Below are positions 38,281-50,759 of a stretch of DNA of 64,000 bases, piece by piece. Position 1 is the stretch's first letter. Every line of letters starts with the position of its first letter. The stretch is from Raillietiella orientalis (lineage: Eukaryota), in assembly GCA_036172245.1 (NCBI GenBank), contig JAYWIR010000008.1, positions 2,914,001-2,978,000 of the forward strand. The letters are read 5' to 3'. The notes below the pieces were generated by a model. That model was not told where the DNA came from. It searched no databases and saw only the letters and a program-made list of their open reading frames with translations. A program made the position numbers and the translations under genes.

Positions 38281-39899
38281 AGGGCGTGGGGCGGGCGACC
38301 TGGACTGTCCTGAGAACTGCGGAAGCCGTTGTACCCTCCCCTTCTTCTCGCATGGAGCGGAGGAAAGGGGGGGGGAGGGGGCAGGGAAGGCAGGATGAGC
38401 TCGCACAGCTTTCTTCCCTTCCTGCCTTTGAGGACGCCTCGGGAGGGCATCGTCCTTCGAGTCGCAGCCGGAGAGTTCGTTCTTCCCGGGACTCTCCCGT
38501 CCACCAACTCTCTGCCGAGAGACTGTTGGTAGGGTGGAGTCCCAGCAGGGAGCGGAAGGGAACGGTTTTCACGGCGACGAGGACGGAGGAAGCGGAATGC
38601 CTTCTCCGGAGAGGAGGACGGAGGGGTGGACGCGGGGGCGGGCGGTGGTTTCCGCTTCCTTCCGGTGGAGAACGGAATTTTCATCCATCCATCCCTGGAA
38701 AGGGAAGCGGACTTGCCCCCCTCCGGCTTTTGGTCGCCGCCGCCCCCTCCCGGGTGGGTCAACCTCGTCCGCGCTGCTCCTGATCCCTGAGCTTCCGGGG
38801 ACGGGGGGAAGAGATCGGTCAGGGAAGGGGAGGTGGTCGGACATTCCTTCTTTTTGGGAAAGCAGTAGGGGGACCTCTCATCCGCGAAGAGGAGGGATGA
38901 ATAAATGGAAGAATAAGAAGAATGGGGGGGGAGGGGGAAATGAGGAGGGGGTAAACGACACAAAAAGGAAGAGAGCTCCCTGTCAGTCCCGGGGGAAGAG
39001 CGCGCGCCACCAGTTCCCGGGACTCCTCCATCCGCCCGTCGGCTCTCCCGATCCGCTCCCGGAGGGTCACGTGACGGATCCCCGGCTCCCTCGCCCCGTA
39101 ATCGACGTTATTAATAAATGTTTAGGGAATTACGGGTGCGAACCCGGTTCGCCGCGCAGGAAGAGGAAGGGGGACGCGGAAGGGGAGAAGAGGGACGATA
39201 GGAAGAAGGGGAGGGGCGAAAGGGCGACTGAAACGGAGAGAGAGAACCGGGGCACCCTCGGGAGCATCCAGGGGGAGAGCTCACGCATCGGACCAGCAAA
39301 TGGGAAGGAGGAAAAATAAGGCAGGGAAGGGAAGGAGCGCGCCCTGATCGCTGCCGCGGTCCCAACCTCACTGAAGGGCAACCAGGAATTCCGGGGGGAG
39401 GCTTGAAGGTAGCGAGAGCAGGAAAGGGGAGACTGCAGTGACCCGCGGAAAACGTGCCGGAGGGCGGCCGATCCGAGAAGGAAGGGCCGCATTTGACTCC
39501 TACACCCCCCAACCCCATTCTCTCGCTCCCGGGGGGAAAGGGGAAGAGGAAAAGAGGAGGGAGAGGGGAGGGCTTGGGAGGAACGCAGGCCGTCTGCCTG
39601 CTCTGTGCACCCAGCAGGTGGTGGCCGTACCCGCCACAGGGAAAGTCTTGCTCGGACCGGGACCGCTAGGGGAGGTCATGCGATCCCTCGCGAACCCCGC
39701 CGCCTTCACGAGCACTCCCGCAGCCCTTCCATACTCAGGGGAAACATCGAACCCTTTCTCTCTCCCTCCCCGCTCCGGCTCATACCGACCGCTCCCCATC
39801 CTCTCCCATCCCTTTCCTGCTCCCTCTGCTCATCGTCCCGCATCCGAGATCCAGGCACCGCATTGACTTTTTCCGTTCCCACGGGTAAGACCGTTCTTA

Positions 39900-40660
39900 C
39901 TGGCTTCTTTGCGAGCCTGCTGACCTCCCGGAGGATGGCCTCCGGCCACGCCGATCACGTCCTCGTCGGAGCAATGTTCCATCCCCGCATCAGGAAGGAG
40001 TGATCCTTAGTTGTCCACCTACGCCTCCTTCTCTTCGCTGTAGTGCTCCGTTGGCAGCTGGAGTGCATCCGATCCCCATCTCGTTCCGGAACGCGTAGCG
40101 TGGCGACTAACTCTTCCGGACGGGTTAACAGGCTGTCATCCTCCTTCCCTTCCCGTCGTCCCTTCCCGGCGACGGCGAGGAACCTCATGCTCGCAGATTT
40201 TCCATTTCGCCGCTGAGCCCGCAGGACCATTCCGTGTGACTCCTTCCCGTCCTTCCCCTCGCTTCCGCATCCAGGTGAGAGGACACCCCTCCCTTTCCCA
40301 TCCGCCGCATGCATCTTCGACCCGCAAGCCCCAGGAAGCGGCTTGCGGACCGCCGACCCCTATCCGTGGTGGGCAAGCAGCATGGCACCTCCTCTTCTAT
40401 CCACAGAAGGGTCTTTCCGCTTTCCGCAGGGAGTTCCTGGCGGAGACCCTCCTCGCCAACCAGGCGCCACCCTCGACGATCATCCTTCTGCCGGTGAGAG
40501 CAGATTCCGGGCTCTTCGTCGGAGCCCTTCCGTCTGCTCCTTCTCGGCTCTTCCAGCTCGGTCCGCTGCCACTGCTGGAGCCTCCTCTTCCCTCTGGGTA
40601 TTCCTTCGGGGATCAGTGGAGCGCCGTTCGTCTAGAGGCAGCACCATCGTGCGGAGCTGC
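39900..40660 (+). mobile_element. Possible decayed RNase H plus DIRS methyltransferase-like domain
   Basis: HLRLLLFAVVLRW, NLMLADFPFR (N..AD.LSR-like), then WHLLFYPQKG...PSTIILLP. All are degenerate. Confidence 0.3.
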
Positions 40661-41229
40661 CGTCAACAAAGGAGTGATGACGACATGAGACTAAAAGGTT
40701 CCTTGGGAAGCGCAGCTACCTGGTCGTCCTCCAGACGCATTCTGAGATCAGAACGAGACCGCTGAACTTCCAAATTGCCCCTGATAGAAGGGAACAGCAG
40801 CAGCAACAAAAGGATAGAGGGAGAAAGGTCGCGAGCGTCTTTGTTCGGCGGGCGCGCGCCCGAGAGCTGCGGCAGCCTCCAGTGCGCAGCTGAGCGCTGG
40901 TGCTGGCGTACCACTGAGTGATTAATTAATGCGCTTTAACCGCAGGAGCCACTTGTGGCTCCGCGAAGAGAGGAGAAGCAGTTGACGCATTGACTAGGGA
41001 TCTGTCGAGCCTGGGAGCTCTCCCCCGTGATGTTGACGCTCCTCCTGCCACCCGCGCGGGGCTCAGATGCAGTCACCAAGGCTGAGGCACCTCTCCCGGA
41101 GCTGCCAGACGTCCTCATCGGCTCCCTTTGACAAGCTGCACGCTCCCTTCTGTTCCCAGAGCTCCCGTCACCCCGCCCTCATCTCTCCTTGATCTGCTGC
41201 GCGGGCGCACGCTGAGTCACCTATCATCC

Positions 41230-43830
41230 CCCTTGCAAAGAGGAGGCCCTCTAGCGGCGCAAGGTGGAGTCGGGAAGCCCCCCTCCATCCTCTCCTGCGG
41301 CAGAAGAGAATCCCACTGAGTACGTGGAGGTGAAACGGCTGCTACTGCTCCGTTCGGGAGCAACAAGCGCGCGCGTAAGTAGGACTGGTTTGTTTCCCGT
41401 TTCGTTTCGCCGGACGGGGAGGAGGGAGAGGACTGCCATCGTTCCCTTGCTCTTCTCTGCTTTCCCACTCTCCCTCCAGGAAGCTGAAAGATTGCACAGC
41501 TCGAAAAGGTCAAGAGAACATGATGGCGCCTCCCATGTTTCATTTCCACCAACGAGGAGACCATCAATCATCTTAATCGTTCCCTCACGACTCAGGACAC
41601 AAACCGAAAAGGCGACTTGCGCCATCGTTTTTTTTCTTTTCTTCTCCTCTCCCGCTTTCCCTGAGTCCCTAGTTTCCATGGGTTCGGATTCTGAAGGTTC
41701 TCGTAGCGATGGCAATTGCCATTGCCTCCTCCTCTTCTTCCTTTTCCTGCTTGCGGGAGGGCAATCGCTCGCCTATGCAGCAACGAAGCCATGCTGGCGC
41801 ATCTTCTGCGACCCGGAGTCGTTGCAGCCACACGTTCATCCTGGAGACTCGGAGGGGGTCCAAGACGGAGGGCGCGCCGAGGGGGGAGAAATCCGTTCTT
41901 CCGGGGAGGACGGCTGGCGTGTGTACGGGAACCGCGGCAGGGCCCGGACCGCAGCTTCAGCAGGTGATAGATCATCGGGAGCAAATTACCGAGGGATGGC
42001 TCCGCGGCTTCCTTGGTTAATGAAGACGGAACGTGAAGATCGCCAGTCGCCACACCTCGATCGCCGCCAGCCCGTGTCACGAGGAGCAGTCTTCGCAGAT
42101 GATTGAATGGACCACACGTAACACGGGATATGCCACGGCGCGCGGGAACGAGAGTGCTAGGAAATCTCTTCCCGGTCGTCCTGTCTCCTCGCACGGGACG
42201 GAGCAGAAGCCCCCCGAATCCCAGGTGCGCGCACACACTTGAAAGCGCTTTCTAATTGGAAGGAAAGTGGGGGAAAAAGGATCGAACGCCAGCTGCTTTC
42301 CTTCCTTGGGGACATCGCAAAACACAACGTCAGAGAAACATCGGGTAGATTCTTTGGAATGAGTGGTTTGGCCAGCCTCCGTCTCTCCGATTCTTTCAGC
42401 CCTGGAAGCGGAAGGGACAGAAGGCTTCTTGCGCTGCCGCCTTCACGAAAGGAGTCAGCGTGCACAGGAACGGATGCTTTCGTCTGGATGCAGGTTACGA
42501 TAGAGTGACTGGAGATCGGGAGGATGAAGGGAGGAAGAGGGCATTCAACTCTACAGTGACGTCAAAAGGCGTCAAAGACCACGGGAATGAAAGCGAGAGT
42601 AATCGTCTTGGCAAGAATTCCCGGAATCCGGCAGGATCTCAGACCTGCCTTTGTGACGGCGTTCCGAAGTATCCACATCCCGATGACAAATGGTCGAAGG
42701 CGGCGAGAGGGAAGAGAGGGAAACAAACACGAAGTTCCGGGAAGGAGCTCGCCGCACCCGCTAGGCGGGTGCTGCCACCACGCGGGATTCGACACCTTCC
42801 CCGCGGAACGGTGATTCAGGAGATGCGGGTGGGTGCGGGTCAGTTCTTGGCACTTCAGGTGCTCATGAGACCCTCTTGCTATCCGCACGGGACTGGCGGG
42901 ATCCGGCAGCTGGGAGCATCGAGAGCGCTCGCATTCGACTCTGACACATTCTCAGACGAAGACGGTGCGACCCGGATGGTCGGCAGCAGAGCACGTCCGC
43001 TCAGGAGTTGCCAGGACCGTGCGAAACCGATCCGAGGCGAGGGGCTGACCAATGGGGAAGGGGGAATCTGTTCTTTCGGGGAAGACAGCTGATGGACTTA
43101 CGGGAATCTCCGCAGAGTTCGGACCGCTTCGCCGGTGATGGATCGCGGGGAGCAAATTACCGATGGCATCCAGGAGGGATGGCACCGTTGATTACGATCT
43201 TGCTTAATGAAGACGGAATGTGAAGACAGTGTGACCTCCGTCTAGACACGCGGCAGAGTGGAACGTCAGGCGAAGACTCCGACGGTTGGCTGAATGTCGA
43301 AAACCTCTTTCAGACGACCTTTAGACGGAGGTTTCTCTTCGGAAGAATTCTGCCGTGGATGCGGGTTGTCTTGTTCTCGAATTCTTAATCGACTGATCTC
43401 ATTCCTATGTTCCGAAAGTCTGCTGGGCTCTCGAAGAAATGTGGTTGGGAGAAGGAGACCAACGGCACCAGGAGCCGCTTCCAGCATCCCTCCCGATCTT
43501 TAGCAAACGCGCGTTCATCTGCATCTTCAGCTGCTGTACCCCGCCGAGAAATAATTTTCCTTTCTTTGCTTTCTGGCACCTCTCCTGTGATTCTGGGCTC
43601 TCGTTCTTCATCTTGCATAAGCGAGTGACCGCTCAGGAATTGACATATCGGCATAGGATGATGGGAATTCCCTTTGGGTTCTTTTGTTTTCTCTGCTTCC
43701 TTCCATTTTTTTTTTCTCTTCGGGTTTTCTTCTTTTTGGTTACCCTAGGTGCTGAAGAATTGTTCGCCTCCCTAGGAGCGAGCTCACGAAACTCTTTAAC
43801 ATTGCCCATTCCACCCAAAGATGAGTGTAA
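41230..43830 (-). pseudogene. Decayed NB-ARC N-terminal part (43260-43830) and LRR fragments
   Basis: P-loop-like LGGMGNV (about 43797-43818) and WKRLLVPL. LRR-like SLLDAIGNLLP (about 43150-43180), PSLGNLLP (about 41975-42000) and LTFSSCAIFQLP. Confidence 0.4.
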
Positions 43831-43849
43831 CTCTTCCAGTTAGGGATAG

Positions 43850-44360
43850 TCCCGGAGGGACCACCCCATGAATCCAGGAGGGGCTCTGGAGAAAGGAGTC
43901 CGTTCCTCTCACGCTTTGGAGGGAACCACAAAGGGAAGCATCTCTTCCTCATTCTCTCTGGAAGAACCCCAAAGAAGGGCCACTCCTCGCTTTTTCTCTG
44001 AAGGGAAACTCGGAAAGAATCCACTCCTGGAATTTCTTCTCTGGAGGAAAATGCAAGGGGACTGCTCTTTGTTTCCTCCTCTGAAGAGAAACCCCGAAGA
44101 TACGCTTCCAATTTTATCTGGAGAACGCTCCCCGGAGGGAGCAGCACTCATTCTGACACTCGCGAGAGGCAACCCCCTAAGAAGGGTATCGACCAACTGC
44201 ATGGTACAAGATGGCGTGGCTCTCTATTTCCCCAACGGGAGGGGGACCCTGAAGGGTTCCTTGAAACCCTCCAGGGTCCATCGGGCGGAAGGAGCCTGGA
44301 GGGTCGATGTCCAGTCCTAACCAGACAACGTGGCATCCGGCTTCCACTAGTGCCACACCG
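43850..44360 (-). mobile_element. Body of a tRNA-headed element (distal part of a copy split by a LINE insertion)
   Basis: gggagcagca...ttctgacactc..gagaggcaacccc matches 55045-55085 and 19303-19340. It includes the roughly 40-bp subrepeats. Confidence 0.75.
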
Positions 44361-45626
44361 GACAAAGGACCTTCTCCGGGTCGTCCCTAGGGAAAAGGGA
44401 GGTCCCTAGTCCGCCTAAAGGACTTGCGTGCTCCGCATCGGGATTGCGGCCTAGGCCTCCTGACGCTGGAGCGAATGGAGCTGCAGCTCCAGTTTCGAAC
44501 ACTTGCTGCAGTGGCAAACCTCTGGAGCGCCACCTGGTGCCAACCTGCACGTGTTCTCGTCCAGCAAGCCATCAGCAGCGTGGGACTCGCGTCCTTCCTT
44601 GCGCAACCTCCACGCACTCATTCACTGCGTACTGCACCTTCGGCAGGTGGCCATGTTGTTGAGGAAAAACGGATGGATCTTGTGCCGCTTCGCGAAGGAT
44701 GGTGCCTGGTTGCAAGTGGGCGAGGATGCAGGAGCCAAACGCGGAATAGGTGCGACGTCTCCTGTACGCGTGCAACAACTGCACGCTCCGGGATATCCTG
44801 CGATGAGTACATGTGCAAGCAGAACTGCCCTCGCCGCTGCCCTGCCTTCCCTTATGGCACACATGACAGCAGCCTTACGGCTAGATGTTACTATGGAAAT
44901 CTCTGGAAGGAGGAAAGGACTGGGCGAGTGTACGACGGGTCGGCTCACTGACTCTGCGACCCCGAGTTCTCGACCTCGTGGACCGTTGCGCTGGGGCGTG
45001 CTACTGGGTATTTCGGAATAAGACCTGCAGTGGCCCCCCAGTACTCGTGAACACCCTCCCCTTAAAGTGGCAGGAGTCGTGATGCTGCTGCACTGGGGCC
45101 TTCCGTGCAAGGCCCACCGGCATCTGTGACACGGGTGTGTATGAACCCAAACTGTGCTACGTGCGGGAAGCAGGAATCCTTCCCACACCTCCTAGTGGAC
45201 TGTGTTGTCCTCCGGTCCCTTTGGGGACGCTTTCCTGCGACCCTTTGGGACCCCTTGGCGGCAACGCCAGAGACGTTTGAAAGCGCCTCTTCCTGCGCAA
45301 CGCCTTTATGTCGACCCCGTCCTTAGCAGAACTTTGCTGCCTACGCGGGATCGTGGCTCCATGGAGCAACGCCAGAGGAGGCTAGAACGACAAGGACGCC
45401 ATTTATTCTGCTGTCCTCTTCATGAGGATAACGTCAATATGGCCCTATCTGGGAATCTTGAAACAGGAACTTGGCGGCATCCTTACAAGGATGACCTCTC
45501 TGGTCTGCTTGCCAGATCCCGACAGGTTCCTCTTCGCATCCATAAATAACGTGGCAGGATCAAACGTCCTGCCACAGACATGTATGTTTGTTTTTTATAA
45601 ATAAACGTCCCGGCGTGACCGGGTGT
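44361..45626 (+). mobile_element. 5'-truncated L1/Tx1-like LINE (ORF2 C-terminal part plus 3' UTR)
   Basis: RDCGLGLLTLERMELQL, LPLKWQE, zf-RVT CATCGKQESFPHLLVDC (45153-45203), AATAAA at 45600-45605 and the family terminus cgtcccggcgtgaccgggt. It is flanked by a degenerate 17-18 bp duplication. Confidence 0.85.
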
Positions 45627-45800
45627 CAACCAGTGCGACATCCGAACCCTTGTAGTCCAGCCAACGCCATCCTGAGGGTTGGGGTCTCGAAACCCACGAC
45701 GCACCCCACCTTTTCGGCGTCGATCCTTCCCCGGATGGGATTCGAAACTTCACGCGTGGTACCACCCACGCGCGAAGACCGCAGCAGCCACACGACTGCC
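45627..45800 (-). mobile_element. tRNA-like head (proximal part of the split copy)
   Basis: The reverse complement carries gtttcgaatcc (45738-45748) and gcgtcgtgggtttcgag (45686-45702), as in the 16.8-kb copy. Confidence 0.8.
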
Positions 45801-45849
45801 AAGGCGAGAAAGGAGCATCTCGAGCACGCATCCCGGAGAAGCTCCTTAG

Positions 45850-47500
45850 AGGCGAAACATCGCTGCTGCTCCCAGTCCTACATCCGAGAGGTGAAGCTGG
45901 ATGAGTTGCGCTCGTGCCCGATAAATCAAGTCCCGACTTCCAGCCATTGGGAATCGACCGCCCTGCCATCTGTCTCTCGCGAAGCAGAAAGCGGGGCAGC
46001 TCCGCTCTGAAGTGTGGCAGATGCCCCGTGTTCCTCCGTCTGAAAAATAAGGGCAGCCTGCTTTGGGGCGTAAACCGCTTTCCACGACAAGTGCCCCCGC
46101 GTGGCGGAGAACGGGCGGGTGATTTCGCGGGGTGTTGCCGTCAGGTCCTTGGTGCCTGGTGGCTGTGTGAGGCGATGCTTCCACGCGCCCGGGATGAAAT
46201 TCAGCCGTTCGCGGAGAACCGCGTCCGCTGAGCGGTAGCCGCCCACGGGCTCCTAAGAGAGAAGGCGAGCGGCTCGGCTCGACCCCAACCACAGTGCGCC
46301 AGTTGCAATTTCTCGTGGGCGCGCTTTCCGTTTTCACGTGGCGGCGGAAGAAACACGCCGCCAGGAAAAATGGCACGTGCATCCCCAAAGCCGAGGGCTT
46401 CCTGCCCAATTCTCTCGAACCCGAATTTTTTTTCTCTCTCTCTCTCTCTCTCTCTTCTTCTCCCTCTCCCCTCCCTCCTGCCATCTCCCCGATAGCCCGG
46501 AGTTGTCTCGAAAAACAAGAAACTCACACACGCTCCCCGAAGGATGTGATTCGTTCGACGGAGCAAACGAGCGCCAGCAGCTGTTCGGAGCATCGTAAAA
46601 TTAAAATGCCACGAACTCTGTCCGTTCCTCTTGCAGTGTCGCTCGCTTGAGCAGACCGGCATGTAATTCCGGACGCACCACTTTCGAAGCATCGACCGGG
46701 CCTGCTGGTTCGCAAATACGCAAGGGCGAGCGATGGTGAAGGGAGGGATTCCTTCAGTCAACGTTTCACTCCCTGGAAAAGTGGCGGCGGGCAGCCGAAG
46801 GAACCAGGGACGAGCTCTTCGGCCGTCTCATCGTCGGTCCGCTCTCCCGAGCTTTCCCATCGCGTCTTGCAACACGTGGAAAAGCCGACTACGGACGGAA
46901 AGGGGGGTCGGCGGCCTCAGCAAGCGGGTGCTTTCACGAGGCTGCAGATCATTGGCTGGACCGCGCGATTTGCTGCTTATCCCAAAAAACAAGCACTCGC
47001 GAGGGCAACTCGAAGCTTGGCCGTTACATTCCCGGCGGCAGCAGCCTCCTCTTCGGAAGATCAGGGACCGCAGGGTGAGACTTCCCGTATGAAAACCCTG
47101 AAGAAACCGTTTGAACCCTGGTAGCGAGCCATCTTGGTTCGTTCCGAGGACAGGAAAGCTCATAACGAGGCACTCTGATCAAGAATAGACCGCGCCCCGA
47201 CTCGGGCAGCGTCTCCCCTTGGGGCACTTCGCAAGTGGACACCTCGGATCTGCGGATCGCCGATTCGATCACGCTAACATGCTGCTGCGCGGGAACCAAC
47301 CACCGGAGGTGGGGCCGATCGTTTGTGCTGGAGTGGTTCGGTATGGGGAGCATCCTCAATACACGCCCCCCAGTCACTAGATCGGCAAGAAAGCCACCCG
47401 ATCGCTGGCATATGCAAAGAACTAATAGACCAGATCGAGAGGCCGCTCTGAAAATTGCTGGTCCTGGCCTTTTGGGGGCCAGATCTTACGTTCCGGGACC
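45850..47500 (+). pseudogene. Possible decayed LRR fragments
   Basis: VKLDELRSCPINQVPTS, LSRGCRSLAGP and ICKELID..KLLVLAFWG. Confidence 0.3.
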
Positions 47501-48149
47501 ATCGTACTGGATATCACGGTGGTCATCTCGGTAGCCACTCCGGCAGGGGCAAGGCAGGCACTCCACTGCCGCCAAAGGAGCAACTGACCTGACTCGTCGC
47601 TGCGGGCAGGTCTCTTGGGATCTCGTGATGCGGAAAACCACGACGTAGCGAGGGTGCCCGAGGTCCCCGGAAGACGGTCGGCGAGACACCGGAAAGGTGT
47701 GCTCCGACACCCAGCTGTTCCCGAGGTGCACACGGGACGCACCTGCTGGGCCGACGACGGCATTGGAGAAATCCTTCAGAACCGCAGCCCCATCGCGAGG
47801 ATGAATGGAAAGGAAGATGGAGAAAACTGCCTGCTCGTTTGTGTTTACATATTCCTGTATTTTAACGCAGATGCAAGAAGCCAATTGTGAATGAGGAACT
47901 TGCATCGGTAGATCTCCGGAATTCGGATGCAGCGACCGTGTAACTCTTTGTGGGTAGCTGACGATTCCACGAAGGTCCTTAAATATTCACTGCAAACTCA
48001 CGAAGCAGTAGTAAAAAATGGAGACACACCTTGATCTCTTTTCCTTCTGCTTCCGCAGTTGTCCTGCCCAAACAAGGTGATTTTTTGATTATTTTGTTTT
48101 TTTTTTTTTAGAGGATGCAATCTGTTTTCAATCCACGAGCTCACGTGCA

Positions 48150-50200
48150 AGATCACGTGCTGTGACGGCATTCGGATGCTGGAATGAAGGCGTCGATCTC
48201 CTTGCTGATTGCATTCACATTGAAAACTCCGAGCCGGGCCGATTCTTGCTACAGACTTGTCTAAGGTCCGTCTTCACTCAAACAAAGAGCATTTCGTGGA
48301 TCACGTGGAGCTTGCTGACCCCAGTTCATGCAACATGCGATGGTGATCATCTCGAGGGATGCCTCGAGGTGATTATTCCCTCGGCCTCGGTCGCTAGCAA
48401 GCCCTGTCAGGTTTCCAAGATTTCCTAAATTGTGAGGAAGTCCCGATTTCCTCTTTCCTTCAGCCTCACTCAGTCAATCGAGAAATGATCCTTGGATTCC
48501 CGACACGAATGCTCACGCACCTATGAACTCGTGCGCCCTTGAACAAACTGGCTGCCAGGGCAACGCGACCTGTGCTGCATAATCGCCTTTGAACGATGTT
48601 AAGGAAGGAAACAGACAACGGCACCCCCATACATACCCGCTTAGAGAGAGGAATCCCAGGGGCTTCCTTCCTTCAGCGGCTCAAAACTACACGTGTCGGG
48701 AATTCGAATCCCAAACCATTGATCGAGCTCTCTGCCTCGATTCCACCCTTCCCCCCACCTCCCCTCAAAGCCAGTTAAGCTGCAACGTAGAGTTAATGTA
48801 TTCAAGGTGTCAGATTAAAGCTACATCCAGGTGAAGATAAGAAAACAGGACAGCCTCGAGCCGCCTTCACCCCGAGACCAACAGCAGCTCGAGCTCAGGA
48901 AAGTCACGAGGCGAACGAATGGGGTTCGGAAGAGCGCTGCGGAGAGGATGCACCCGGATGTTAAAAGCTCGTGGTCACAGCTATGCCTTCAGGCGATGTC
49001 CTGCGTCGTATCCATCCCGTGCTGGCCGTGGAACCGAAATCATCATCCTTGTTGACAGGGAGGTTTGTGGGTAGCTATTCCATGAGCTCCTTCTGAGCTG
49101 GGTAGCAGCCCAAGTGCCAACAAACAGAAAGAAGCGACTTCAAAGCTGTAATCCGGAAGAGGAAAGGCGGGCGAGAATTCCAGTCTCTGAACGAAGGGAA
49201 TCACACGAAATCGGGAAATAGGGTTTGCAGGTGACCCATCTCGCTTCCCCATGGAAAAGAGGTGGTGAGAAGAATGCTTCTCTCTCTCCCTCTCCTTTAG
49301 ACGTCCCCATCCACGGAATTCTTCAGTAACAGACGAGAGAATTATGCATTAGAATGATGACCAGAGTCTCCCTCTCCCTCCTCAGGCAGAGCAATTTAGA
49401 ACCAGGGAGAGAATCAGGAACGACTTTGCCACCTTTGCTCGAAGTGGCAATCCAGGACTCAGTAAAAGCATAGCGCATTCGTAGTCAATGCTGATGGACA
49501 GGATGAGGGATGGTAGGCAAGAAATAAACAGGAAAAGGAATTGCTGATGCGACGTGAGGGAATTTGAGGGCACTCTGTTCTGACTTCGAAGTTTGAGCAA
49601 AGTGCCTAACAAGGCAAAGACACCCACCACGACAGCTCAGTCTCCTTCGCAAGCTTACCTCGAGACGATAGAAGTGAGGCCATTCAGCAAGCAACTCTGG
49701 AACCGTGGTCGTTTCTCCTGCTTGAACTCAGTCATGGTCATCTGACTGTCAAGAATGACTGCAGTGCTTCCGGACGCTTAGCAGTCGCAGCTTTTGTAAA
49801 CGTGCACAGTGAAACGGCGCGACACTGTGCAATCCAATGGGGGAATGCCAAGTGATTGAGAGCGAAGGTGATGGTCAGATCAGGCGGTTAGAAGCAAAAA
49901 AGGAAGCAAAAGATCGCCCCTTCTTGCAAGGGAACCAAGGAGACTGGAGGAACACGAGACTGCAATGCTTTCAAAGGCGCACATGATAACTCTTCCTCCA
50001 GGGTATCGTGGAAGTGGATGCAAGGCACCGGAATCTCTGAGTAGCTGGGTGGCTCTTAAGTAGCGATGATCTGCCTTCGGTAAAGTGGCGCAAGAATAAG
50101 AAGAGCCACACGAAAAAATCCACGAAAACGAAAATTCCCGCTCTCCATCCTGACGTTTCATCCATGGAAGCATTCTTTCTGGATCCGACGGGATTCCAGT
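48150..50200 (-). pseudogene. Decayed LRR region of the kinase-NB-ARC-LRR relic
   Basis: LAFPHWIAQC, KRPEALQSFLTV, TTVPELLAEWPHFYRLEV, LGTLLKLRS..SNSLT..ISCLPSL and GLPHNLGNLGNLTGL (48399-48443). Confidence 0.65.
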
Positions 50201-50759
50201 GGTACTCGCTCATCGCTCAATGGAGATCGGCACTGCGATAGTGGCACACTCCAAAAACGGAGGAAGAAGATGCTGTAACCTGTTTTTTTTTTTTTTTAAC
50301 CAGCAGGAGACCCAGTCAGCATTAAGTGACACACTGAGCAAGAGAGAAGTGTGCTGCGGATGACCGGATGTGTAGAAAAGCAGTACTGATGCCCCCTTCC
50401 CCCAAATTGGTGATCAACAAGTGGGCAGCGTTCGGACGGAACAGAGGAATGCAAAACTCAATGGGGGATTCATAGCAACGTGCGGAGTCTACACGCGGTG
50501 TTCGAACACGGTTAGCAGCGTGTTGAAATCTTTAATTCGTCTTCGTCGAAAGAAAAAAAGCCAAAAATTCTCGACGATCAAATAGCCCCACCTCTTGTCG
50601 GACCTGGGGGCAACTGTGTGCTACGTGGTGCGCTGACTGAGAAGAATGCCAGAGGGCAAGAAAAGGAGGTATTGGACCTGTAAAGCGGAGGGTGAGATGA
50701 GCGTGGGTCACTTCCTCTCCGCCTCACTCATAATAGGGACGCTAGAGAGCAGTGGTCTT

